The notes beneath the pieces are model-generated. The model saw only the letters and a list, made by a program, of their open reading frames with translations, made no database searches and was not told the origin of the DNA. Positions 17,191 to 26,291 of a stretch of 32,000 nt of DNA are shown one piece after another. This DNA comes from Candidatus Iainarchaeum sp. (GTDB taxonomy: Archaea; Iainarchaeota; Iainarchaeia; Iainarchaeales; CSSED10-239): positions 638,988 through 670,987 of the forward strand of contig JBBISB010000001.1 of the NCBI GenBank assembly GCA_037441475.1, read 5' to 3'. Position 1 is the stretch's first letter, and the number at the start of each line of letters is the position of its first letter. The translations under genes and the position numbers were made by a program.

Positions 17191-19638
17191 ATGAATAAAA
17201 CTATTTATGTGGTGAAAAATATTATGAAAAATAAATATATATTATTAATTTTACTTTTAGTTCTTTTAGTACCAAACATCTTTGCATTGGTACCAAATGC
17301 AAATATGAAGATATTTGCTGTTGCTGGAGATAAAGGAGCACAAGATGCAACCCTTAACATAAAGATTGTTCCTGGTGCCGGAAAGATATTCTCTTCAATA
17401 GATGAATCAATAGTAGGTTCATCCACCCAAGAGTCTTTTAAAAATGCAATTTCTGTTGCAAATAAAAATATTGGAAACAACATACGTTCAAAGTATGATT
17501 TTACAGTTGATATTGAATCAAGTGCATACAGTATAGATGGGCCATCAGCAGGAGGAGCAATGGCTCTTTTAATAATTTCAATGTTTAAAGATACTCCAGT
17601 AAGTAATAAAGTAAGTATGACAGGAACAATTACAGCTGATGGTTATATAGGGGATGTTGGTGGAGTTTATCAAAAAACAAAAAAAGCAGCTGAAGTAGGT
17701 ATAAAGCTTTTCTTTGTTCCACAAGGTAACAGAACACAAGTTATTAATGAAGGTGGAAATATTCAGCAAATTGACCTTATTGAGTATGCTTACAAGGAAT
17801 GGGGACTTAAGATAATAGAAGTTTCAACCATGGATGAAATCTTAGCTTACGCTTTTAGAGACATTGATTCAATAGATATAAATACTACTCAAAAAGAAAA
17901 AGTTGATGATTTTATTTATACCTCTATAAGTTATTCAAAAGCAGTTGAACCTTTTAAAGATGTTACTTATAATTACATAAAACAAACTGATGAAAAGTTA
18001 GTTAATGTTAAAAAACACTTAGCTTCTTCAAGTATAAAAGATACTGAGGTTTTACAAAATCTATTATCTACCATAAACTATTCTGAAGAACTTTTAAATG
18101 TTGCAAACAAATATTATCAATACAATTATTTTTATTCTGCAGCAAACAATTCATTTTTAGCATATGTAAATGTTATTACTGTAGATGAGATTATAACAAA
18201 CCCATCCATCTTAGCAGACTCTTCAATAATCTTTAACTTAAGGATTAAAGAGCTTGAAGAAAAGATAACCTTAACTGAAAATAGATCCTACAACTGTTCT
18301 CTTGAAAACCTAGAGTGGTGTGTTGGTGCAAGACAAAGAGTTACATGGGCAAGAGATAAACTTGAAAAAATAAGTGTGACTTCCACTTCTAATAATTTTA
18401 CAAAAATACAAGATTATGCTTATGCTGTTGCATGGACAGATATTGCAAATAGTTTTTTAGACCTCTCAATTACAAAAACAAATATTTATTTTGTAGAGTC
18501 AGGATATTTTAAAAAACAAGCACAAGATAATATAATCTCTGTTGAAAATCAATTGATATTAGTTGCACCAGAAATAGCAACTAGTGAAGACTTAAGAAGA
18601 AGACTTGATGCTGCTAAAAGAAACTATGATAGAGAATGGTATGTGACCTCTCTTTATGATTCAGCAACTGCTTTAGCTGTTATAAAAACACAAGAGGAAA
18701 ATAAAAATACAATTTCAACAACAGCATTTACTGCAAAGTATGATCTTTTAGCCTCAAAGTTAAGATCTCAAGCAGCAATGAATAATGAAAATAATGTTTG
18801 GTCAAAGACTTTCTTAGACCATGCCATCTATTATTATAATGCATATAATGAAAATAAAATGAAAGATGAAGAAAAAGCAAAATCAAATATGAATGTTTCA
18901 AACTCAATCTTAAATTTTTCAAACTACTTATATGATGTTGAGACTTTAGTTTTAGATTATTACCTTAATACAGATATTGATGCTTTAATAGTTGATATTA
19001 CAAGTTCAACAGAAGGTTCAGTTATAATTGTTAATAAAAATAATGAACCTATAAAACAAGTTTCTTCACAGAATGTATATGTTTACAGTAAAGAAAGAAA
19101 AGACTTTAATCTTTATTTAATTGTTGCAGCTTTGTTCTTAATGATTGTAGCTATTATTGTTGAGGTTGAAAGGTTTAAAAGATACCATTCAAAGGAAGGA
19201 ATAATAAAGCAAATAGGTTACTTAGATGAAAAGCTTCTTGATGGAAAGATTAGTTCTTTTACCTATAAGGAAATGAGAGAGAAGTATCTTTTAGAGCTTG
19301 AAAAAATAAAATCTAAAGAAGCATCTAAAAAGAAAGAGTTAAAGAAAACAGAAGATGTTTTAACCTCTGCAGATGAACTTGAAAAAAGAGTAATTGATAA
19401 ACAAATAGAGGAACTTGAAAGAAGAAGAAAAGAAATTTCTCTTAGAGGAAAAAGTGAATCTATTAAGAGTGTTAAAGAGATTGTTTCAAACATCAAGCCT
19501 ACAGTTAAGGAAGATGTTAAAAAACAAGAAACTTTTAAAAAACCTTCTTTAAAAAAAGAAACTTCTTCTAAAAAAGAAGAAATTAAAAAAAAAGAAACTA
19601 AAAAGAAAAAGGATCTTTCAATTAAGAAAGGTCTTTAA
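17191..19638 (+). CDS. Membrane-anchored, likely extracytoplasmic Lon-type (S16) serine protease with a long helical region, TM and charged cytoplasmic tail
   Basis: 815 aa; N-terminal hydrophobic signal, catalytic Ser in 'IDGPSAGGAMAL', Lys in 'IGDVGGVYQKTKKAAEVG', TM 'YLIVAALFLMIVAIIVEVERF', Lys/Glu-rich C-terminus; no AAA+ domain. Confidence 0.85.
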   Translation: MNKTIYVVKNIMKNKYILLILLLVLLVPNIFALVPNANMKIFAVAGDKGAQDATLNIKIVPGAGKIFSSIDESIVGSSTQESFKNAISVANKNIGNNIRSKYDFTVDIESSAYSIDGPSAGGAMALLIISMFKDTPVSNKVSMTGTITADGYIGDVGGVYQKTKKAAEVGIKLFFVPQGNRTQVINEGGNIQQIDLIEYAYKEWGLKIIEVSTMDEILAYAFRDIDSIDINTTQKEKVDDFIYTSISYSKAVEPFKDVTYNYIKQTDEKLVNVKKHLASSSIKDTEVLQNLLSTINYSEELLNVANKYYQYNYFYSAANNSFLAYVNVITVDEIITNPSILADSSIIFNLRIKELEEKITLTENRSYNCSLENLEWCVGARQRVTWARDKLEKISVTSTSNNFTKIQDYAYAVAWTDIANSFLDLSITKTNIYFVESGYFKKQAQDNIISVENQLILVAPEIATSEDLRRRLDAAKRNYDREWYVTSLYDSATALAVIKTQEENKNTISTTAFTAKYDLLASKLRSQAAMNNENNVWSKTFLDHAIYYYNAYNENKMKDEEKAKSNMNVSNSILNFSNYLYDVETLVLDYYLNTDIDALIVDITSSTEGSVIIVNKNNEPIKQVSSQNVYVYSKERKDFNLYLIVAALFLMIVAIIVEVERFKRYHSKEGIIKQIGYLDEKLLDGKISSFTYKEMREKYLLELEKIKSKEASKKKELKKTEDVLTSADELEKRVIDKQIEELERRRKEISLRGKSESIKSVKEIVSNIKPTVKEDVKKQETFKKPSLKKETSSKKEEIKKKETKKKKDLSIKKGL

Positions 19639-20681
19639 TTTTTTTTAATTTTTAAATCCATTACAATCTGTACAGTTGTTGCAGAGAAGCTTCTAATTAC
19701 CTTTTTATAGATAATCTCTATTTTACATTTATTTTTATTTTCTTTTTCTCTTATAATCTTTGTAATATCTTCAAATGGATTGTTTTTAGGTACAAAGTTA
19801 TAGATATGTATTATTCCATTATTCTTTATTGAAAAGATTGCATCATCTAAAAAGTCTTCAGCTGATTTTGGAAGTGGCATTGGTATCCTATCAAAGTAAT
19901 CTGGATACTGTTTAGAGACTTCTTTAACATCCCCTTCTATTCCATTAATGGTTTTTTCCATTTTATTAAATATTATGTTTTCTTTAAGGTATTTTGCTCC
20001 TAATGGGTTAAGCTCAATTGCAATTACCTCCTTTGGTTTTGCAAGCTTTGTTATCTGTATAGCAAAAGGTCCTACTCCTGCAAAGAAAACTCCAACCACT
20101 TCATTTTTTTTAACAAGGGAAGCTATTCTTTTTCTCTCTGTTGAAAGTCTTGAAGAATAGAACACTTTTTCTACATCTGTTTTAAGGAAACAACCGTTTT
20201 CCTGCACCATTGTTTCTTTACTGTTTTCTCCATAAACATAAGTTAAATCTTGGGTTCTAAAGGTTCCGTGATGTTCTTTTTCCTTATTAAGTATGGTTTT
20301 TATGCGTGGGTGTAAGGATATAAGTGCTTTTCCAATCTCTTTACTATATTTCTTTATTACTTCCTTATCGTCAATATTAATTATTAAGATATCTCCAACA
20401 ATATCATAAGAGGTTGGAAGTTTCTCTTTTATCTCTTTAGGTATTTTTTCTGAAAGTAGGTCTTTATACCCTAAGCCAATTTCTTTTTGTTTTTCTGGTT
20501 TTTTAATATCTATTTTTTCAAAGTTTTTTAAACTTTCAGTTATTTTTTTTACAGGTATGATTAAATGTTCTTTTTCTTTAATCACCTTATACTTTGAATT
20601 AAAGTTATTCTCTTCTTTTATCTTTGTGATTATTTCTTGTGCTTTTTTGTTTACAACTTTAATTCCTATTATTTTTTCCAT
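19635..20681 (-). CDS. trm5: tRNA (guanine37-N1)-methyltransferase Trm5
   Basis: 348 aa; 'FYSSRLSTERKRIASLVKKNEVVGVFFAGVGPFAIQITKLAKPKEVIAIELNPLGAKYLKENI'. Confidence 0.85.
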   Translation of the reverse strand: MEKIIGIKVVNKKAQEIITKIKEENNFNSKYKVIKEKEHLIIPVKKITESLKNFEKIDIKKPEKQKEIGLGYKDLLSEKIPKEIKEKLPTSYDIVGDILIINIDDKEVIKKYSKEIGKALISLHPRIKTILNKEKEHHGTFRTQDLTYVYGENSKETMVQENGCFLKTDVEKVFYSSRLSTERKRIASLVKKNEVVGVFFAGVGPFAIQITKLAKPKEVIAIELNPLGAKYLKENIIFNKMEKTINGIEGDVKEVSKQYPDYFDRIPMPLPKSAEDFLDDAIFSIKNNGIIHIYNFVPKNNPFEDITKIIREKENKNKCKIEIIYKKVIRSFSATTVQIVMDLKIKKN

Positions 20682-20697
20682 AACTGTATTTTCTCTT

Positions 20698-21072
20698 TTA
20701 TATATATTTTACTTTTCTTCTCTCTAAAAGATCTTCAGGAGAGATACTGTAGTTAAGGTCATCTATTTTATTTGTAATGTCTTTTATAATTTCTTTTTTT
20801 ATTTCAAGGATATCTTTCTTTGTACATACTTTATTAAAAGTAATTTCAATTATTTTAAAGTTAATGGTTTTGGTTAAGGTGTAAAAAACATAACAAGTAG
20901 TTTTTTTAATTTTTTTAATATCTTCGTCTTGAATTTCAAGAATAATTTTCATTTTTTCTGTGTTTTTAAGGGTTATGTAATACTTTTCTTTAGTTTTAAG
21001 TAGAAATTTCTTATATTCCTTTTCAGAAATTTCAAACCTTGTAAACCCACCAAGCTTATATTCTTTACTCAT
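20698..21072 (-). CDS. Hypothetical protein
   Basis: 124 aa ORF directly upstream of trm5 on the same strand. Confidence 0.55.
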   Translation of the reverse strand: MSKEYKLGGFTRFEISEKEYKKFLLKTKEKYYITLKNTEKMKIILEIQDEDIKKIKKTTCYVFYTLTKTINFKIIEITFNKVCTKKDILEIKKEIIKDITNKIDDLNYSISPEDLLERRKVKYI

Positions 21073-21263
21073 TTTATTCCTCTCTTTTAGTATGTATATA
21101 TAAAAGAAGAATAGATTTTTATTCTATTCTGTTCTATAATAATATATATGAGTAAAACTAGATTAATTATAAGCGTTGTATCTGCATCTTTTTTACTATC
21201 TGTAATTCCTGCAAAAAAGATGATTGATAGTAACATAAAAAAAGCTTTTCAAAAGAAGCAACA

Positions 21264-21847
21264 GTGAATCATTTTTTAAATGACTTTCCTTTTAAGCTTA
21301 CTCCTGAAAACGAAAAAAAAGCAAATGAAGTTATTTTAAGACTTTATAAGGATAAAGAAGTTTTTACAAAAGTATTTGTTTATTCAATGTTCCATGATCA
21401 ATCTAGAGAGAAGATACTTGAGATGATGAAAGGAAATTTATCGACCTCTTCACTTGATAGTGCAACAAAACTACTTAACTTACAAAAAGAAAGATTTTCT
21501 TTACTTGTAAAGGATTTAGTTAAAAACCCTCAGACTGCAAGAAACTTAGATACTTTATTTAATGTTTTTTCTACAAATCGTTCTTTTAGAGATAAATTTA
21601 CTTTAGATTTATTTCAGACTCAACTTAAAAAAATCCACTTTATCTTGTTGATAAAGGCTTTTTACTTAAGAAAAAACCAAAGATTAATCTTTCAAATATA
21701 GTTTATGAGCATAGAAACAGGGTACAGGGTTTTAATCAATTACACCAAAGAGATCTTAACTCTAAATTAATACCTAGACTTCCAATTAAAAAACTAGATT
21801 CAATTCCACAAAAAAAGCCTGAGATTAGAAGAAGACAAGGAAGATAG
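21264..21847 (+). CDS. Hypothetical helical protein requiring a -1 frame change in an A7 tract (21627-21633)
   Basis: Zero frame (GTG start) ends at 21701. From the A7 tract the -1 frame reads KKNPLYLVDKGFLLKKKPKINLSNIVYEHRNRVQGFNQLHQRDLNSKLIPRLPIKKLDSIPQKKPEIRRRQGR* to 21847 with protein-like composition. Confidence 0.6.
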
Positions 21848-21859
21848 AGGAAATTATAG

Positions 21860-22717
21860 ATGTCTTTTATAATTTTACAAAAGACAATAGAGCTATTTTC
21901 AAGGTTTAATCTTCTTGAAAATGGTTATAATTTTTTAAACACAATAACTTACTCTATTATAGGGGTTATGGTTTATTTTTTGGTTCTTTATCCTTATGTT
22001 CTTTTAAGGAAAATAAAGGTTAGTTTAAGGTTTGTTTATTCTGTTTTTATTTTTGTTATCTTAGGTGCTATCCTAAGAATGTTTACAATGCAGGAAACTG
22101 TCTTTGCAGGTTTAATAACAGCTTCTAAAAATCCCTTTTCCTTAGGCTTCTATCTTTATTACCCTCATCTCTTTTTATTTCTTGCTCTTCTTTTTTTAAT
22201 AGTTTTTGAACTTTCTTTGTTTCTTTCAAAGCTAATAAATAAAGATAAGGAAATGGTTTTACTTATTTTTTCTTTAATAGTCTTATTTCCTTTCCTCTTA
22301 TTACTTTTAATTAACCTCCTTAATTGGTTTTTATTTTTCCTGATTCTTTTCTTTGTAAGTGTAATTTTCTTTTTAATCTATTATTTATTTTATTTTTTAA
22401 AAATTAATCTTTTAAAAAACAAAGTTTCTTCTTTAGCTTTCTTTTCTCAAGTTCTGGATTCTTTTACAACCTTTTTTTCTGTAGTTTTCTTAAAGGATGT
22501 TTTCTCAGAAGCACATGTCTTTTCTCGTCTAGTAGTTTCCATAAGCCCTTTTCTTTTTATTTTCATAAAAATAGTTCTTTGTTTATTGTTACTTTACTTG
22601 ATTGATAGGTATGTAAAAGAGGTATCTTTAAACAACTATTTTAAGCTGTTTATAATAATTATTGGTTTTTCAACAGGGCTTAGAAATCTTTTCCTGATTT
22701 CTTTAGCTTTTATATAA
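21860..22717 (+). CDS. Polytopic membrane protein, unknown function
   Basis: 285 aa ORF dominated by hydrophobic helices. Confidence 0.7.
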   Translation: MSFIILQKTIELFSRFNLLENGYNFLNTITYSIIGVMVYFLVLYPYVLLRKIKVSLRFVYSVFIFVILGAILRMFTMQETVFAGLITASKNPFSLGFYLYYPHLFLFLALLFLIVFELSLFLSKLINKDKEMVLLIFSLIVLFPFLLLLLINLLNWFLFFLILFFVSVIFFLIYYLFYFLKINLLKNKVSSLAFFSQVLDSFTTFFSVVFLKDVFSEAHVFSRLVVSISPFLFIFIKIVLCLLLLYLIDRYVKEVSLNNYFKLFIIIIGFSTGLRNLFLISLAFI

Positions 22718-22794
22718 AAAAATAGGTTTAAATATATTTATGTTCCTAATTATTTAGTACTAATTTTATGTTATCAAAAAAATATTAGTAATTT

Positions 22795-22867
22795 GCCTCG
22801 GTAGCTTAGTGGTTGGAGCGATCGGCTGTTAACCGATAGGTCGTAGGTTCAAATCCTACCCGAGGCG
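22795..22867 (+). tRNA. tRNA-Asn (anticodon GTT), no encoded CCA
   Basis: GCCTCGG TA GCTTAGTGGTTGGAGC G ATCGG CTGTTAA CCGAT AGGTC GTAGG TTCAAAT CCTAC CCGAGGC G folds as a complete cloverleaf. Confidence 0.95.
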
Positions 22868-22877
22868 CTTTTTATTT

Positions 22878-23318
22878 CTAATTATTAAAAGCAATTTTTT
22901 TATGCATATAGTATTTAACAAAGAAAATTACCATAACTGTTATTATCTTTGAAAAGATATACCATACCCCTAGATACTCTGTTAATATCTTTACAAAAAT
23001 AACATGCATACAAAGATCAATTACCGAGATTATTAAAAAATCAATAAACTTATGAGTAGATGTCTTTATCTTATTCTCTTTAAAAGTGTATTTTTTATTT
23101 CCAAAGAAGGCAATAAGCATCCCTACAAGATATGATAGTTTAACTGACAATAAATAGAATATACCAATAAACTCTGTTAATACATATAAAGAAACTATAT
23201 CTGCTATGGTTGCTATTACTGAAAAGAAAGAATATTTTCCAATAGTCCTTACTCTTTTAAAGATAGGGCTTATCTTTTCAAGAAAATCAAATAGTTTATC
23301 AAGATAATTACTTTTCAT
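22878..23318 (-). CDS. GtrA-like flippase family protein
   Basis: 146 aa, four TM; 'KYSFFSVIATIADIVSLYVLTEFIG' and 'FFGNKKYTFKE'. Confidence 0.78.
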   Translation of the reverse strand: MKSNYLDKLFDFLEKISPIFKRVRTIGKYSFFSVIATIADIVSLYVLTEFIGIFYLLSVKLSYLVGMLIAFFGNKKYTFKENKIKTSTHKFIDFLIISVIDLCMHVIFVKILTEYLGVWYIFSKIITVMVIFFVKYYMHKKIAFNN

Positions 23319-23400
23319 TTATAAATCAGTCTGCTTTATATTTATTTTGAAAGTTAAATATATATATAACAACTTAAATGTTTATAAATATTGATTTTTA

Positions 23401-24141
23401 ATGTATAATAATAAAAAAGTAATAATTGTGTTTCCTGCATACAATGCACAAACAACTTTAGAAAAAACAGTTAAGGACATCCCTAAAGAGTATGTGGATG
23501 AAATGATACTGGTTGATGACTTTTCAACAGATAACACTGTTTCTCTTTCTAAACAATTAGGTCTTACCACTATAAAGCACACTAAAAACAAAGGGTATGG
23601 TGCAAATCAAAAGACTTGTTATAAAGAAGCTTTAAAAAGAGGGGCTGATGTTATTATAATGATACACCCAGACTACCAGTATGATCCTAGGATACTAAAT
23701 AAAATGATTATCCCTATTGCTGAAGGAAAGGTTGATGCTGTCTTTGCTTCAAGGTTTTTAAACAAAAAAGATCCTTTGAAAGGTGGTATGCCTTACTATA
23801 AGTATCTAGGAAACAGATTTTTAACATTTTTTGAAAACTTTATACTTCAAACTTCCTTAAGTGAGTTTCATACAGGATATCGTTCATTTTCAAAAGAGGT
23901 TTTAAAAGATCTACCTTTAAATAAAAACTCAGATAATTTTGTTTTTGATACTCAGATAATCATACAGATGGTTTTAAGAAAATATAAAATAAAAGAAGTT
24001 GCTGTTGAGACAAGGTATTTTCCAGAGGCCTCTTCAATTAATTTAAAGGCATCAATTGTTTATGGGCTTTCAATCTTAAGAGAGCTTGTAAAGTATCTTT
24101 TAACAAAATGGAGAATTAAAAGATATTCTCTTTATTCTTAA
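23401..24141 (+). CDS. Family 2 glycosyltransferase (dolichyl-phosphate mannosyltransferase-like)
   Basis: 246 aa; 'VIIVFPAYNAQTTLEKTVKDIP..VDEMILVDDFSTDNT', 'MIHPDYQYDPR', 'GYRSFSKEVL'. Confidence 0.88.
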   Translation: MYNNKKVIIVFPAYNAQTTLEKTVKDIPKEYVDEMILVDDFSTDNTVSLSKQLGLTTIKHTKNKGYGANQKTCYKEALKRGADVIIMIHPDYQYDPRILNKMIIPIAEGKVDAVFASRFLNKKDPLKGGMPYYKYLGNRFLTFFENFILQTSLSEFHTGYRSFSKEVLKDLPLNKNSDNFVFDTQIIIQMVLRKYKIKEVAVETRYFPEASSINLKASIVYGLSILRELVKYLLTKWRIKRYSLYS

Positions 24142-25586
24142 TTTAGTTTATAGATATACTGTTTTGTGTTATTAAAAGAATCTGTGTAAACAAGAGTGTA
24201 TTTTTCAGAAAGTAGATCTTTAAACAAACCTAGTTTTTCAAAGCACTCTATATCTTCTTCTCTCCAACACTCTAAGTTTCTTTCTTCATAGAAAATATAT
24301 TTTAAAGGTTGGTTTTGTGTAGTTACACTATAGGCATAGAAAGGTCCTGAAAGATAGATTATTTTACTTTTTTCATTGTACACGCCATACAATGGATTAT
24401 CAACAGCTATAAGCCCTGAAAAGTCATTATCTGTTCTTTGAATATATGTGTAATACTCTTCTATCTCTTGAAACTTGGTGTGTTTATTGTTGTTTACTTG
24501 TTCATTGATTGCCATTGAAAAATTAAATACTAAAACCATAACTAATATTATTTCTATTATGGTTATTAGTCTCTTATAGTTTACTTTTTCAATAACCTCC
24601 ATAATACCAAAACCACCTAAGATAACAAAGAAAGGTAAGGCACTAAAGAAATATCTTGCCTCATAATGTACAAGGCTTGAGATGTATATGTAATAAAGTA
24701 AAGCTATTGTTAATGGAACTAATAATTTATTTTCTAAAAATAACCTTCTTGTCTTTTTAAAAAGAATACCCATTAAAAAAGCTAAGATAACAAACACTAA
24801 TAAAAAGTTTTGAGAGAATAGATATTTTAAATAATAAATAAAACCATTTGTTACAAGATCATACGAGTTTGCAGCAACCATCTGAGAGGCATGTGTAAAT
24901 GGTATTATTATCTTTTGAAAGAAAGGTAAGGTTATTTTTTTAAGTAAAAAATAATTAATTAAAATAAAAGGAATAACAAGTAAAGAAAAACCTACCCCAT
25001 AGTTAAAGATATTTTTAATATTTTTAAATCTTCTTTCCTTTATCAGTTCAATAAGTAAAAATACTCCAAGTATACCAAAGACAAGTCCTGAAGGGTACCT
25101 GAAAAGAAAAGCAAGAGATAGAATAACCCCTGATAGAAAATATCTTTTTTTAGTAAAGAAATAATAACCCATAATGGATAGAGCTGCCCCTGGAATCTCA
25201 GTTAAAAGTCTGTTTGTAAACACCACTATTGAAGATAAGGAGGCAAACAAGAGGGTGGTTATAACCCCACTTCCTTTCTTTATATCCTCTGATATTTTAT
25301 ATAGATAAAATAAACCTAAAATAAAGATTAAACCTAAGAGAATCTTTGTAAAAATAACCTCATTTACACCAATAAACCAAAATAAACCAATTAAGAGACT
25401 AAGTATGGGTGGTCTTTGGTATTCATAGGTTGAAACCTCTCCTGCTGAAAATAAAAACTTTCCATTATTTGTATAAACAGCTTCATCCCAGTATGGCATG
25501 TAGTTTATCACTGCATAGGTTATGGTTAATATAAATATTAGGATAAGTACTAAATTTATCTTTTTAAAGAGCTTTTCTTTTAACAT
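24138..25586 (-). CDS. Multi-TM lipid-linked-sugar glycosyltransferase (PMT/ArnT-like)
   Basis: 482 aa; early luminal 'YMPYWDEAVYTNNGKFL' acidic motif, about ten or more hydrophobic segments, 'RYFFSALPFFVILGG'. Confidence 0.75.
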   Translation of the reverse strand: MLKEKLFKKINLVLILIFILTITYAVINYMPYWDEAVYTNNGKFLFSAGEVSTYEYQRPPILSLLIGLFWFIGVNEVIFTKILLGLIFILGLFYLYKISEDIKKGSGVITTLLFASLSSIVVFTNRLLTEIPGAALSIMGYYFFTKKRYFLSGVILSLAFLFRYPSGLVFGILGVFLLIELIKERRFKNIKNIFNYGVGFSLLVIPFILINYFLLKKITLPFFQKIIIPFTHASQMVAANSYDLVTNGFIYYLKYLFSQNFLLVFVILAFLMGILFKKTRRLFLENKLLVPLTIALLYYIYISSLVHYEARYFFSALPFFVILGGFGIMEVIEKVNYKRLITIIEIILVMVLVFNFSMAINEQVNNNKHTKFQEIEEYYTYIQRTDNDFSGLIAVDNPLYGVYNEKSKIIYLSGPFYAYSVTTQNQPLKYIFYEERNLECWREEDIECFEKLGLFKDLLSEKYTLVYTDSFNNTKQYIYKLN

Positions 25587-25713
25587 GTTTTTTCTTTTTT
25601 TTTAAAATGTATTTTTTCTTTAAAATATATCTATATCTATATATTTTTATATATTTCTTATCATCAAATATATATAATTATCAGAAATATATGATGTTTA
25701 TTAAGAAGATGAA

Positions 25714-25896
25714 ATGTTTATGAAAGATAATAAATTAATTGGGACTATTGGTATCTTTATTTTTTTATTTTTATTATTTGTAAGTATCTTTTCTTCATTA
25801 TTTTTTTTAATATATACAATACCAGTCCTAATAATTAGTTTATATATTTTATTTAATAATAAGGAAGACAAAATAGAACAAATTAAAAAAAGGTGA
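25714..25896 (+). CDS. Small two-TM membrane protein, unknown
   Basis: 60 aa ORF overlapping the next gene's called start. Confidence 0.45.
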   Translation: MFMKDNKLIGTIGIFIFLFLLFVSIFSSLFFLIYTIPVLIISLYILFNNKEDKIEQIKKR

Positions 25897-25904
25897 AATG
25901 GTTT

Positions 25905-26231
25905 ATGGTAAAAAAAATAATTGTAACAACTGGTCTTGAAATACCAAAAAGAGAAATTGTAGAAATCTTAGGCTTAGTTAAAGGAAATACAGTAAGAGCA
26001 AGAAACATAGGTAGAGATATTGGAGCTGGTCTTAGAAACTTAGTTGGTGGAGAGGTTAAGACCTACACTGAAATGACAATTCAAGCAAGGGAAGAAGCTT
26101 ACAATAGAATGGTAAATGAAGCAATTGATTTAAAGGCAGATGCAATTATTGGTGTTAGTTTTTCAACATCCATGGTTATGCAAGGAGCATCAGAAATGCT
26201 TGCTTATGGAACTGCTGTTAAATTAAAGTAG
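25905..26231 (+). CDS. YbjQ/UPF0145 (heavy-metal-binding domain) family protein
   Basis: 'VTTGLEIPKREIVEILGLVKGNTVRARNIGRDIGAGLRNLVGGEVKTYTEM...EAIDLKADAIIGVSFSTS'. ATG at 25905 preferred over the GTG at 25893. Confidence 0.85.
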   Translation: MVKKIIVTTGLEIPKREIVEILGLVKGNTVRARNIGRDIGAGLRNLVGGEVKTYTEMTIQAREEAYNRMVNEAIDLKADAIIGVSFSTSMVMQGASEMLAYGTAVKLK

Positions 26232-26291
26232 TTTTTAATATCTTGCTTGTTTACAAAAAACATTTTTAAAAAAATAAAACGTGAAATTAAT

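Noticed and set aside
17205-19496. Several minus-strand ORFs (92, 63, 77 aa) and a plus out-of-frame ORF at 18728 within the Lon-like protease gene
   Set aside because: Overlap a strongly supported CDS and lack family motifs.
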